Of a stretch of DNA of 64,000 nt, positions 18,151-30,299 are shown piece by piece. The position numbers were made by a program, and so were the translations under genes. The DNA comes from Monocercomonoides exilis PA203. Its lineage: Eukaryota > Protista > Preaxostyla. The stretch lies in assembly GCA_001643675.2 (NCBI GenBank), contig LSRY02000074.1:47511-111510 (forward strand), read 5' to 3'. Under the pieces are notes generated by a model that saw nothing but the letters and a program-made list of their open reading frames with translations, was not told the DNA's origin and did not search any database. How positions within the stretch are numbered: position 1 is the stretch's first letter; each line of letters opens with the position of its first letter.

Positions 18151-18638
18151 GGGGGAAAATACTAACTTTCAAGCTTTTTTTGCACAAAGTATGGAAAAAT
18201 TGCTTCTCTCATAACTTTATCAAACGTTATCAGATTTCAAAATCTAATGATTTATCATGTCAGAATACAAACTTCATTTATGCTGCAACAAAATGTTTTG
18301 TAACTTTAATAGTATTCCAAAAAATGAACACATTTTTATTGCATTTTTTGATTTCAAAAAAGTAAATGAAAAGTGCATAATTTTACAGTGAAAAAGCCTG
18401 AAGAGAAATATTTAACCACATTTCATCAAAAAATATGAAAAGAAACAGGTAAAATTGAGAATTTTTATGAAAAGCATGTGAGGTCACAAAAAATTATTTG
18501 TAATCATGTTAACGTTGCCTGTTCACAGTAATAAAAAATCCTATTTATTTAGAAATCTGATTAATTTTTAAAAGTTATGTATAAAATAAAGTTTTGCAGC
18601 TTTGTGCTAAAAAAGCAACAAAGTCTGTACTATCCCCC
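18151..18638. mobile_element. MITE with GGGGG...CCCCC termini and ~45-bp imperfect TIRs
   Basis: Left end GGGGGAAAATACTAACTTTCAAGCTTTTTTTGCACAAAG versus reverse complement of right end GGGGGATAGTACAGACTTTGTTGCTTTTTTAGCACAAAG. Flanks are ATTT/ATAT. Confidence 0.7.
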
Positions 18639-18649
18639 ATATGTAATAT

Positions 18650-18669
18650 GGGTGATTATTTTTGAAATC
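18650..18669 (+). repeat. Additional left terminus of the GGGTG TIR family
   Basis: GGGTGATTATTTTTGAAATC is identical to the first 20 bp of the TIR at 21685. Confidence 0.75.
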
Positions 18670-19124
18670 CAAATTATTCCATCAAAAAATTCAGAAAGAT
18701 AATTAGCATTGTGTGTGTATAAATGAACTCAGAAAATCATTCTCCTATTTATTTATAAATTTGCATTGAAATAATCTAAAAACATTGGCTCATGAAAGGA
18801 ATTATGAACATTTTTCATTTGAAAGAAATATTACCTATCATTATAAATAAATAAATAAAATGGCTGATCCTTTATGAAATCAGACTTTCGTTCGAGTTTT
18901 AATCAAAATTTTGTTTTCAATGGGATTTGTATGAAATTTTGTTTTTGCAATAGCAATTAAACATCTGCGTCAAATGCCTTCTGGCTTGAACATTTTTGGA
19001 GTGACGTGATGTGAAGAAAAAAATATTTTATTCACTTATTTTTAATATTTTTCTATTGTTTGAAATTGAAATAATGAAAATTAATTGATATGTGTTTTAT
19101 ATTAATGAAATATAATAAAGATGG

Positions 19125-19397
19125 AGAAAATTATAATTTGTCAAAATATTTTTGAAAAGTTCCTTTTGTTTAATTTTCAAATAAAATGAAAATTACATAT
19201 TTCAATCAATTTTCTGTTCTCCCTCATGAAACTTCACAAAAATAGAAATAATACCAATGCCAAGATTTTGTGTTCATGACAGAGAAATTTGGTGAGCGGA
19301 AACAGAAATTTGATCGAAATATAAAATTTTTTCTTTATTTGAAAATTTAACAACAGGAACTTTTCAAAAAAAAAATTTGACATATTATATTTTTTTC
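19125..19397. repeat. Foldback (long inverted-repeat) element; second copy at ~62008-62232
   Basis: Arm 19139-19226 (TGTCAAAATATTTTTGAAAAGTTCCTTTTGTTTAATTTTCAAAT...) matches the reverse complement of 19293-19382. The same arm recurs at 62008. Confidence 0.75.
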
Positions 19398-19534
19398 TTA
19401 ATTTTTCTAATATTTTTTTCTCATTCATTCAAATTATTAGAGCTTGTTTTTCTCAAAAAGCTGTAACAAACCAATGAGATACTTATTAAAACATAAACAG
19501 TTGTTGGAGATTTGAGTCCAAGTGAAAGAAGCGA

Positions 19535-20750
19535 ATGTTTGTTCGGTTGAAGGTGGAGTTTTCATCTTCTTTAATGGGGATCAGGACAAAGCGGTTAGCG
19601 TGCAAGGCGCTGGCATTTGCTGCGGAGCATCTGGACAACGACGTGGAGAAGATATATCATGCGGCGTTGTGTCCTCTGATATTTACGATTGGGAGCTGGA
19701 TGCCGGGAAAGCAAAAGAAGCTTTTATTGGTGGCTCAGGAGTGCGTTATGATGGGGACAGAGCAGAGCAAGAGCGAGTCGGATGCGATTAGGGGGTGAGA
19801 GTGCATGTGGAGAGGAAGAGTGTGGGGGCAACAGATGTTTTCAGTCTGACCGTGCAGAGCTGTCAGATAGATCAGTGGTGGGAATATACAGCTTGAGTTC
19901 GTATGGAGGGAGCTGCGCTGTGCTGTTTTCACTTCCTAAAACCTGTGTATGGAAAAAAGTACGGAGAGCGGATTATGACATACCGTTTTGATCACGCAAG
20001 GTGGATCACCGAGAGTCAGGGAAACAGGAGGATCGTGCAGGAGGTGATAGAAAAGAGCGCAGCAGAAGAGGAGGTGGTGAAGCGGGCTGGAGGAAAAGGT
20101 GAAGAAGGGAAGGCAGGGGAGGAGAAAGAGGAAGGATGAAAGTTTCATGAGGCATCAGCGATTGTGCCGAAGGGAAAAGGGGAAGGGGTAGGCAGGAGGC
20201 AGAGTCTGCATGAAAGGTGTTGGTTTCCGAACATCCTGTTAATGGGGATGAGTGCGGTGGGGGTGGTGGTGCTGCTGGTGACTGTGGAGTGCTGTGTGTG
20301 GAAGCGGCATCTGGTGGAGTCGTGGGAGATGGTGCTGGGGTTGAACTTGGAGACATAGGAGGCGGAGTTTGAGTTGATGATGCGGAATGCGGTGGTGGTG
20401 GTGTGTGCTGCTGAGTGCGCTGATGCAGGACAAGGAGGCAGCAGTGGCAGACCTGAAGAGCAAAGCTGAGAGTGAAGGCGTTGAAGGCAGAGATGGAGAA
20501 GTCAGTGGAAATGAATCAAAGGAGATTCACGGTGGCAATGAAAGAAAAAAGGAAGGAGGAAGAGATGGTGAGGAAAATAATCAAAACATTGAGAATAAAA
20601 GAAGAGATGGAGGATGAGAAGATGGAGAGGAGAAAGAGAGGGAGATGGGAGGAGAGGAGAAAGTGGAATTTGAAATTTTAAGAAGGAAGGAAATGGTAAT
20701 GAGGATGAGGGAGGAGAAGAGCGTGTAGTGGGATTCGAAAGAAAAATGAA
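19535..20750 (+). pseudogene. Degenerate MULE-domain transposase
   Basis: Broken frames give HLDND...CPLIFTIGSWMPGK, VMMGTEQS...DAI and GAALCCFHFLKPVY, resembling the MULE D...D-x-E/Q...CxFH pattern. Several stops and frameshifts. Confidence 0.55.
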
Positions 20751-21684
20751 GATCACGTGAATAGATGCGTGAGCCAGTTTTAAACTGTGATAGCGGATGA
20801 AGGAAACACTCTGACTTGGCTACTGAACTGAGTGAATGTGTCGGGAAGAGGAGAAGGTGAAGAAGCAGAGTGAGGGCATATGGAAAATTTGCAGCAGAGG
20901 TGATTTTTTATAACATAATCTTAAAAAATGAGTTTTTATTCATACTCATTGTTGATAATTCTCTGCCGTCAATGCTTTGCAATGTGACTTATCAAATAAA
21001 AATATTTTTTTTTGAAAAAATATCCTATTGTTAATAAAAATGAACAAATTTTGTATTGTTAATTTAATTAAAAAACAATATTGAAATCATGAAAATTGTG
21101 TCTCATAAAGTAAAAATTTGTTTGCCACAAAAAAACACTCACATTTTTTGCTTTTTGAAAATGAATTATAATAACAATTTGAAACAGAAAATCATTCTTC
21201 AAAAACACTAACAAATAAATGAAAGAAACTAGTTGAATATTCGAGGTGCATGATATAACTTTTTTCAAAGATGAAAATTGAATAGTCACTGCAGAAATAT
21301 TTAAATAAGGTTTACTGAAGGAAATTGATATTTTTTATATATTTTGATATATTCTTTCATTTTGGAAAGTTATTTATTGTTAATGTGTTTTTATTAAAAA
21401 ATTGCTTATTCCTTCCACAAAAAAAAAAAAAAAAAATAAAATAAAAAATAAAATTAAAAAATAAAAAAAAAAAGTGACGGACACTGACTGACGTGTCCTC
21501 AATATTTCCAATGTGACGCAGATGTTAAATAGCAATATCATAAACAATAAGTATTCCCTGTTTCAACTCATTTTTTTCAAAATTCCATTGTGATAAAAAT
21601 TCTGAACAAAGCTCGAACGAAAGTCTGATTTCAAAAAGGATCAGCCAAATAAAAAAAAAGGAAGGAAAAAAATAAATATATTAT

Positions 21685-21940
21685 GGGTGATTATTTTTGA
21701 AATCATAACTTTTTTCGGGGTGTCGGTTTTCAAAAATTGTTTGTTTTATAAAAGAAAATATTTGTTCAAAAGTGAAAAAGCATGATAATTGTTTTTAAAT
21801 ACAAATGGTCTTTCGGAATCAACGACTAAAATGAATTCAAAAAGCCTTTTCACTTTTCAATGTTCATCTGAGAGTATTCAAGATCATTTTCAGAACCAAA
21901 AATTTTGTCTGAAATAATATGATTTCAAAAATAATCACCC
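21685..21940. mobile_element. 256-bp MITE of the GGGTG...CACCC family
   Basis: Perfect 23-bp TIR GGGTGATTATTTTTGAAATCATA, flanked by ATTAT on both sides. Confidence 0.9.
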
Positions 21941-22029
21941 ATTATCAATACACATAATAAAGTTATTATTACTAAAAAATAATGAAGCATACACAAAAAA
22001 ATTATCAAAAAAAAGCAAAAATGCATATA

Positions 22030-22360
22030 GCACAGAATTGAAATGTATTCACATCTTAATTATAGTAGGATGTCTGGGTTTGCCGAGAATTTTGCAAGAG
22101 ACAATCGGTGAAAAAAAAATACATACATTTTTCAAAGTGTGCTTCCAATATATGTCATTTTATTTGTTATCCCGTTTAGGTGGAATGGTGTCAGTTATAA
22201 TTTTTGTTCGGAAATGTTTGGAATACATAGGAACTTTGTGGCATATTAATTATCTATTATGAGGTGTTGAGCGATGGACATTATAAATCAAAATGAAACA
22301 ATTCTTGAAGGCGAAAACATTATTGTTGAAATTGATAAATGCGCATTTTGGAAAAGAAAA
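22030..22360 (+). pseudogene. Outer Merlin/IS1595-like transposase (element A), 5' half
   Basis: Reads ...ILFVIPFRWNG...MDIINQNETILEGENIIVEIDKCAFWKRK with stops. Continues in frame at 33847 once the insert and one TSD copy are removed. Confidence 0.8.
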
Positions 22361-22789
22361 GGCATAGGTGTAAATTGTACCACTTTCAGTTTGAATTTTT
22401 TCAAAATTTGAATATCATAGCGTTAATCTGCATAATTTAACTGAGCGATTCAAGGAGGGAAATTGCGAAATTCGATCATGAAAATTTACTCGATTTTTAT
22501 GATTGATCAAAAATCCCATAATTTATTTTCTCATTTTTGATCTAAAACATTATTTATATTTAAATTTCCGAGAATGTCAAAATATGCATATTCTTATAAA
22601 TATAGTTTGTGGAAACGCATGTTAAGTTGAAATCAATATAAATGACATTAATACAACAAAGAGAGCTATGTTGCGGTGCAGATCATTAATATAAGGAGAG
22701 GATTTCATGCTATTAAAGTTGACAAACAAAACAAGAAAGATATTCATTTTTTCACAAAAGGAACAAATATTTTATCGCAATTGCAATTG

Positions 22790-25700
22790 CTGTTGAAATG
22801 GTGGCGGGATAAAGCTGTATCTGGATGATAACTCACACGACTTCTCAATTGTTTCTGTCGACTTTTCACGGTGCGAAGCAAATTCTGGCGGAAATTATGT
22901 GTTTGTAAATGGGAGCGATCCTGCAAGCTGGAAAAGAAGCTCCACAACGCTGAATGTCCAACATGATAGTAAAAAATTCAACGAGTTGGTGGGATATGAT
23001 CGGAACGATGAAGAAATGGGACAATTCACGCTGAATATCTTTTTGGACACAATATCCGGTGCGGCACATGTTGGGAAGGCAAAGAATAATCCGGGGGGAT
23101 ACAATTCGTGGTTTTGCGGGCTCGATTATTATCCGTGTGCAACAATCACTTACACTGGCCAGACACGATATTCGGGCAAGGACAAAAACATCGAATTGGA
23201 TTCAGGATTCGAGCTTACCGAAGAGGTGTCCATGACAGATGTTGACAAAGAATGGCTGATCTCTTGCGCCACAAAGGTGATGAATGTGAAAGTGATTCGC
23301 CCGAGTTCCATAAGTTCTGATTAGCTGATCAATGCGCAGAGTACATGCAAAATAGAAAATATCACCTTTTCACTGCCAACAGAGCTTGCAGACGTGACAT
23401 CGCTGATTTTGGCCAACTCCACATCCCTCACACTCACAAGCTGCTCGATCACAAATTTTGCACTGATTCCTTCTGGTACATTTTTTGCATACAGTTTTGT
23501 AAAAGCTATTTCAGGGAAACTCAATGTGGTGCAGTTAGTCATTGAAAAAACATTGCTATTTGGAGATCACTCGTTGGTCAAGGTTGAATCAGGGGTGAAT
23601 GTTGTGCACTTCAAAGATTGCATTATTAACTCGATTGACAAGAAAAGTGGAAATGTAGGGTTCCTGGAAGGAGCAGTTGGAGAAGACTTTGGGGAAGGAC
23701 CGATAGGAATTGTTGTGATTGAATCATGCGTAATGAAGAACTGCAAATGCCGGAGAAAAGACGGAAAAGACGGAAAAGGAGGAGGAATATGCATGAGTGT
23801 GAAAGGAAAAGGAAGCGTTGTGGTGAATGGGACGAGCGAGTTGGATGGGTGCGAGGCATACAAAGGGGAAGATGCTGAAGGGAGAGGCGGAGGAATAATG
23901 CTGGAGATGCTGAGCTCGAAAAGAAAGTTGGAGATTGCATCAGAAGTAAAATTTTTGGTCGATACGGCAAACAAAGCTAAATACGGGAAGGATGTGTTTG
24001 TCAGTTGCGGTTCGGGAATATTGCTGGAAACAAAAATAGATGCAACAACATTTGGGTTTTTTGATTCAAGCGAAATGCCAACAGATGTGCTGAAGTTGTG
24101 CGGGAGCGAGGATGGGAACGGAGAGAAAGTGATTCCGCTGTTTATATACTTGCAATCAGTCATATCAAAGTTGACTGTTGATGTGAACAAAGAAGGCTCA
24201 TTAAATCACAATTACTGCGGATTCGAGAATTTTGGGTGCAAGTCAGTTGAATATTGCGTGAACAAAAGAGTGAACAGTAGCATTCATGAAATCGAAGTTG
24301 TTTCAGAATCTTCAACATCAGATGAAATAAAAGTGGAAACAATTGAGGTGAGTATATCAGGGAAGGCAGCAACAGCAGCAAACGGAATGATGAGAATTAA
24401 CGTGAAGGATATTGGATCTAAAACCGGTAATTATCTTGTAAATTGCAAATTGCCATTTAGCATGAATAATTTGTTGTTTGTGATGTTCAGCGAAATAAAT
24501 ACAAAAAGAAACGCATTTATCTATTCCATGTCAACACTCACGATCACAAGCTGTTCTGTCTCGTTTGCAGACGATGGATCAGCCAGCGAAAAGATTGCAT
24601 ACAACATACTGAACGTTGATGGAGGAACTCTGACCTTCGACGGATTTGTGATGGAAAAAACAGTAACAATGAATAAGGTGTCACCAATAACAATTTCAAA
24701 TGGAGTGAAGCTGGAGATAAAGAACAGCAGGGTGAGTGGATTGACGGTGGAAGGCGGGAGCGGAGAAGGAAGAGGTTGCATTGATGCTGCGATAAAAGAA
24801 GGAGGAAGCGCAGTTGTGGATAACTGCAGCATTTCAACAATATGCACAGGTGGAAGTGGGATGAAAGGAGGAGGGATGATGATTTCAGTTGAGTGTGGAG
24901 GAAGTTTGCAGATTCAAACTGTTACATTCACAGGATGCCAGGTTTCAACAGAGGATAACTTTCATAAAGGAAGAGGAATTGGTGGAGGGATGTTTGTGAG
25001 TTTGGTGAGATGATTGAATCATTTTCGTTGGGGAGCGTGATATTTGAAAGATGCAATGCTTGGAAAGGGAAGAACATGTTTGTTTCTGGATGGAATCTGA
25101 GTGAAATTGTGAACAAGAAGCACCTGAAATGGGAGATGGATTCAGAAGAGTTAGGATCATTGGATGAGCTGTGTGGATGGGAGAGGAAGGCGAAAGGAGA
25201 GGAGGGATATATGATTCCACTAGTTGTGTATTTGTGGAATAATTGGAGTGGGGATGGGTTTGTTTCGAGAGAGAAAGGAGGAGACTTCAGCGGGTGTGGG
25301 TTTTCTGAAGCACCATGCTCATCGATTGACCACTTGATATCACTGAGATATGAGCCACTTGAAAAAGGCGAAACACACATCAACATTGTGGGATCAGGGT
25401 TGCTGAGCCGTTCCATTTCATTTTCATTTTCTTCATCATCAATTTCAGATTCACCAAAAGTGGTGATTGAAGGGACAATGAAAGGGACAGGAGTGACGAT
25501 CAGTGATGAGTGTGAGAATGATTTGGGTGATGGTTCAATGATATCGTCGAATGTGAGTCTGTCATTCTTCAATGTGTCATTCACCAAACCCAGCATAACC
25601 ACCCACCATGAAGTATTTATTGAATCTTCAGGAACAAGTTCATTATTGTCAGTTGCTGATTGTTCATTTGGGTCATCGAGTGGGACGGTTGAAAGTTTTG

Positions 25701-27121
25701 CATATTGCGTGATAAAAGTGAACGGAGTGAGCATATCAATTCAGAGCAGCACGTTGAATAAGATCAACGAATTGAAAGGGTTCATTGATTTCAGCCCAAG
25801 TGCGAGCCAGGTGACGATTCAGAATGTGAACATTTCATCAGCCACTTTGACAGCAAACAGCCTGATTTCGATGACAGAAGAGGAAAACCAGATGAATGGA
25901 AATGAAAACACTCATTTGAATGGCAACAAGCCTGTGTTGAAAGTTGTGTTCTGTTCGCTTGAAAACATCAAGAACGAAGGAAGCAGTGCAAGCGTCTTTG
26001 AATTGGGATCGTTTGAGAATGCGATAGGTTGCTCGATCGAAGACTGCACAATGTCCACGTGCAGGAGCGATTTGAACACAGAAGGAGGAGGAATGAAATT
26101 GGTGCTGAAGAGTGAAGAATCGGTTTTGAAGGTGAATGGGAGCACGTTTTCGACATGCAGATGCTCGATGGAGTCAGGGCGCGGCGGAGGGTTGTTTATC
26201 GATGGAGCCGATCCAAATATCAGTTATGCTGATGAAAGTCAGATTCCATCTCTGAATTTCAAGATTGTGAATATCTTGTTCAGGCTGAACGACGCATTTG
26301 TTGGGAAAGACATATTCATCAAATGCCATTCAATTGAGCACCAGATCAACGAAACACTGTTCTCGCTGAACTACAACCAGGAATCATTGGCCACAAACAA
26401 CTCCATCTGCGGGAGCGATCTTAAAGGGAATATTGACATGGATGTTATTCCTCGGATCACATTCTTCAAAGGGCTTCAAGTATTTTTGAATGGGTCGGGG
26501 GATGATGGCAGACGATGAGGAGCTCAGAGCAACCCATGTAGCAGCATCAACGAAGCGATTGAACACATTGAGCAAGGAGTGATGAATGCGATTCTGATTG
26601 ATGGAGAAGGAATTGTTTCTGGCGAATGCACCATCGGGGATCTGAATGTGAATTCATACAAAAAGACACAGGCGATTGTGAAGCTGAAATCTAAGATTGA
26701 GAAATCGGCAGAGAAGGATTGCATCATGGAGTTTATAAACGAAAGCGCTGTGGAGAGGTGCTCATTCGAGTTTGAAGATACCTTTGAGGCTTCTCACAGC
26801 TACATCCTGAAAGTGAAGAACGGGTCAATGGAGATCCAAAAATGCGAGTTCTACTCATCAGCAACAACGGTTGATATGAAGCTGAACAGTTCGGTTGTGG
26901 GCGTGGAAAGTGGAGAGATGAAGATATTTGATTCAGCATTTAGAGATTTGCATTCAGCAGGATCGGTGCTATTATTCAACAGAGAATCGAATGTGACGCT
27001 GCTTGAAACGAGCATTTCAAATATCAAAAGTGATGGAGATGCTGTGAGTGTTTGGGGAAAAGCGAAGGTTGTGATGAAGATCATGATAATTGAGAATGTG
27101 ACTGTTTGTTCAGAAAGATGA
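22790..27121 (+). pseudogene. Captured fragment of a large Cys/Gly-repeat (pectin-lyase/beta-helix-like) host protein family
   Basis: Collinear ORFs 22899-23324, 23394-25013, 25010-26518 and 26579-27121 are broken by an in-frame TAG (23322), a frameshift (~25010) and a TGA (26516). Recurring GxGGG-hydrophobic, A..GKD(V/I)F and CG...PC.SI units. No start or signal peptide, and no C-terminus. Confidence 0.8.
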
Positions 27122-27539
27122 GTTGTTGTGAAAGAAGATATTGAACAATAGGCAAAATGGTGTATATCATTTAATGAAGACAGGCATCCTTTTTTAAATG
27201 ATACTATGGTGATTAATAAAAATGAAACCGTCTTTAAAGATGAAGAAAATTTAGAAGTAAAGTTGAGAAAAGAAATTGCAAATGGATTTACATGGTGCAC
27301 TTTGATAGTTACTGTTTTTTCATCTTCCTAATTATTTAAATGGAAGAGGGTTTTTGATGTAATTGGAAAAGTTAAACAATCTATTGATTATTCAGCGTGA
27401 TGTGATAAATGTTGTTTGATAAGAAAACAATGGAAAAAGAAAATTACAATGTTATCGGTTTTGTTGTTGTGCCAATGCTTTTTGACTTCAGCAAGCTTCG
27501 AAGCATTCGCCTTTGAGTCAACTGTCTCAATTGTCTCAA

Positions 27540-28165
27540 TTATCTTTCATATTTTTGTTTCATTGTTTTCAATCGTTGCTCAATATAGAATTCTGTGTTT
27601 TCTTTGCACATGTGAATTCCATGTGTCTCAATGTTCGAAAGAGATAATTGCTTTGTTGAGTATTTTCTTTTTCGTTTCTTTCTGAGAGAATTATCTTCAT
27701 CATTATCATCTTCTTCTTCTTCTTCGTCTTCCTTTTTCTCATCATCATCCTCCTCCTCCTCCTCCTCATCTTTCTCATCTTCATCGTCTTCATCATCATC
27801 GTTGTCGCAAAAGTTTTCAAGGTTGGATGCATTTGTTGGATCATAACTTGAATCATCATCCATTGTTTCACTTTTTTGTCAGTTTCATCAATTCTTTTGC
27901 GCTTTTGTTTTTTGCATATCATTTCTAAATCAGATGCATCGAACATTTCGATTGGTATTTACTCTTTTTGCGTTATTTCCTTTTTCTTTTCATATAATTC
28001 TTTTCCTTTGTCTTTTTCTTCCTTTAAGAGTGAAGATATTCTGCCTTCACACTTCTCATATGTGTATATGAACGCCTGTAATTCTTTTGTGTTGATTTTG
28101 GAGAGGTCACTCATCATTTTCTGAAGATCATTCGAATTATTGAACCTATAAACATATGCATATAT
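27540..28165 (-). pseudogene. Merlin B transposase, 3' part (YRFN motif and acidic tail)
   Basis: After removing the 28166-32766 insert and one ATAT, the frame reads KEYIYAYVYRFNNSNDLQKM. In-frame TAA near 27959, then an acidic/basic tail. Confidence 0.8.
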
Positions 28166-28849
28166 GGGTGATTTTTTTTTACATCATAAAAAAAGATCAA
28201 AAATCTAAAAAATAAAATCAATTGTGGCATTTTTTGATCAAAGAGTTAAATCAATTTTTATACAAGCATTTAGCTTTTATTTCTGTAGTATATATTTGTT
28301 TTATTTCCTTATGCAAAAAACATACCTCTTTTATGTTTTTTAATGAAAGAGAATTTTTTGATCAAGTTTAATAAAAATTAACTTAAAATAAATGTATAAA
28401 ACTTCAGAAAAAAAATAGAAGATTCAGGACTAACTTTACAATACTGATAATAGGAAAATAAAAACAAAATACATTGGAAAAGTTTGATATTAGAAAAAAA
28501 ATTATTTTTTTGACTTTCAAAAAAAGAGAACTGTTCGATATCTTTAATTTCTTTGGATTTAACATCACAAAATCATCATTCCAGCTTTGTAGCTCAGCTT
28601 CAATAGTAAAATAAAATTTAAAACTGTGGAAAAGGAAATGTTTCTAAGAATAACAATTGATTTAAATTCGTTATCTCTTTCTATTCACCTGATTATTTGG
28701 CGTTCAAACTTTCTTCTCCATCCCCTTTGTTCTTCATCCAAAAATTTCCATTATTGTTTCTTTCACATTCTCATTCCACATACACCCTCTGTCGCTCCTT
28801 AATCGCCAAAAAAATTCATTCCACTCATCCTGCACTAACACTTTCTTCT

Positions 28850-29450
28850 TCTTTTATTTCTTCGTTAATTGCCACTTTCCCTACCCTCTCCCTCTCCATC
28901 ACCAACTGCACCATCACCAACATCAACACAGCTCCACAACACCAACAGACTGCCGCCGATGGCGGGTGCATCTCATTCGCCTCATCTGCCTCTGCCAACA
29001 CATTTTCTGTGAGCAACACCATCTTCTCCAGCTGCTCTGTCAGCGAGGATACAAGTTCTGGAGGAAGAGGCGGTGCTCTCATGATCGAGTTCAACCAAGG
29101 CTCACAAGTGTCAGCATCTACATTTTCCATCACCAATATCGTGTTTTCAGCCAACAAGGCGAGTGTCGGAAGAGATGTGTATTTTGTGTGCGAATCATTT
29201 GTCGCTTCTGTGAAAGAGCCATTGTTCGCCTTCATGGGAAACATCACTCAGAAAGACAACTCGGTTGTTGGACACGATAGAACGCAAATGTTTAACGATT
29301 GAGATGTTGACTTATTTATATTTCTCAGTTGACAATATGCAAACACAGTAGATATTAGTGGCGTGTCTGGTGTCAAGGAAGTGAATCGTGGTTTGGAGAA
29401 AGGATCATGTTTAAATGAGAACGACGGGATTGGGCTCCTGAAAAATGCGC
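28850..29450 (+). pseudogene. Fragment of the same Cys/Gly-repeat host family
   Basis: DGGCISF...SGGRGGALMI...FSANKASVGRDVYFVC...NSVVG motifs, as in the 22.8-27.1 kb cargo. Confidence 0.7.
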
Positions 29451-30299
29451 AGAAAAATGTGGCAATGACGAAGATAAAGGAGAAGATAAAATAAGCAGAA
29501 GATGAAGATGAAGACGCTGTTGTAGCAACAGAATTGCCTGTCTGTTTGTTTGCGTGTGCGTTTCTTGAAAAGTGAAAAGTCTAAAAAGGAAGTTAAAAAT
29601 ATTTAATTCTATTCATTCTTTTTCTTTCACTTTCTCTCTCCATCTCCTTCTCTTCCTCTCTCCTGGTTTTATTTTTCCTCTCTCTATCCCATTCTCCAGC
29701 CTCTATTCCCTTCGCTGCTTCTTTTCTATCTCAAGATTCCCTCCTTTCTTCAACTCTTTCACTTTCGTATTCTCACTGAACATGTCGTGAGAAGGCGCAA
29801 AAGAAAAAATTGGTACGCAGATTCGGCTGGCGGTGTGTTTTTATACGGCCGAATGCAAAAGTGGCGGAGTTGAAGAGGAGGTTAATGCAAGAAAGAAGAG
29901 AGGATTTCTGTTTCTGGTGATGTGAGCTTGGCTGACTAGAATAGCGAAGCTTCAAAGCTGTCGGTGGAGGTATATCTGAGAAGGAAGAAGTATACGAGAA
30001 GGAAGATGTGAAGGAGAAGCAGTTACAAAAGAAGGAGATACTGATAATAAAAAAGCTCTTTTGTTGATTTTGCAGAAATGAAGAATAAGAATAAGAAGAA
30101 GAAGAGGGATTACAGATGGTATTGAGAAGAACAACGCTGTCAGCTGCAACGGCGAGATCATTGTTGTTGAGATGCTCGATGGAGGAGCTTGAGCCATAGC
30201 CGAACACGAGCAGGGAAGAGGAAACACTGAGAGCGGAGAGGTTGGGGTGGGAGATAAAGAATGAAGAAATGTGAAGAGAACGAAGAGTGGGGCAGGAGA

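Larger units (their letters stand above)
18862..21646 (+). mobile_element. Decayed Mutator-like (MULE) DNA transposon
   Basis: TIRs begin GGCTGATCCTTTWTGAAATCAGACTTTCGTTCGAG (34/35 identical; similarity continues past 100 bp). Flanking 9-mers AAATAAAAT/AAATAAAAA. Contains an internal MULE-like pseudogene. Confidence 0.75.

Noticed and set aside
22899-27121. Stop-codon reassignment (TAR=Gln) as the explanation for in-frame stops
   Set aside because: Breaks include TGA at a conserved Cys position and frameshifts. Intact genes end in TAA (NNT) and TAG (cathepsin) and have no internal TAR.
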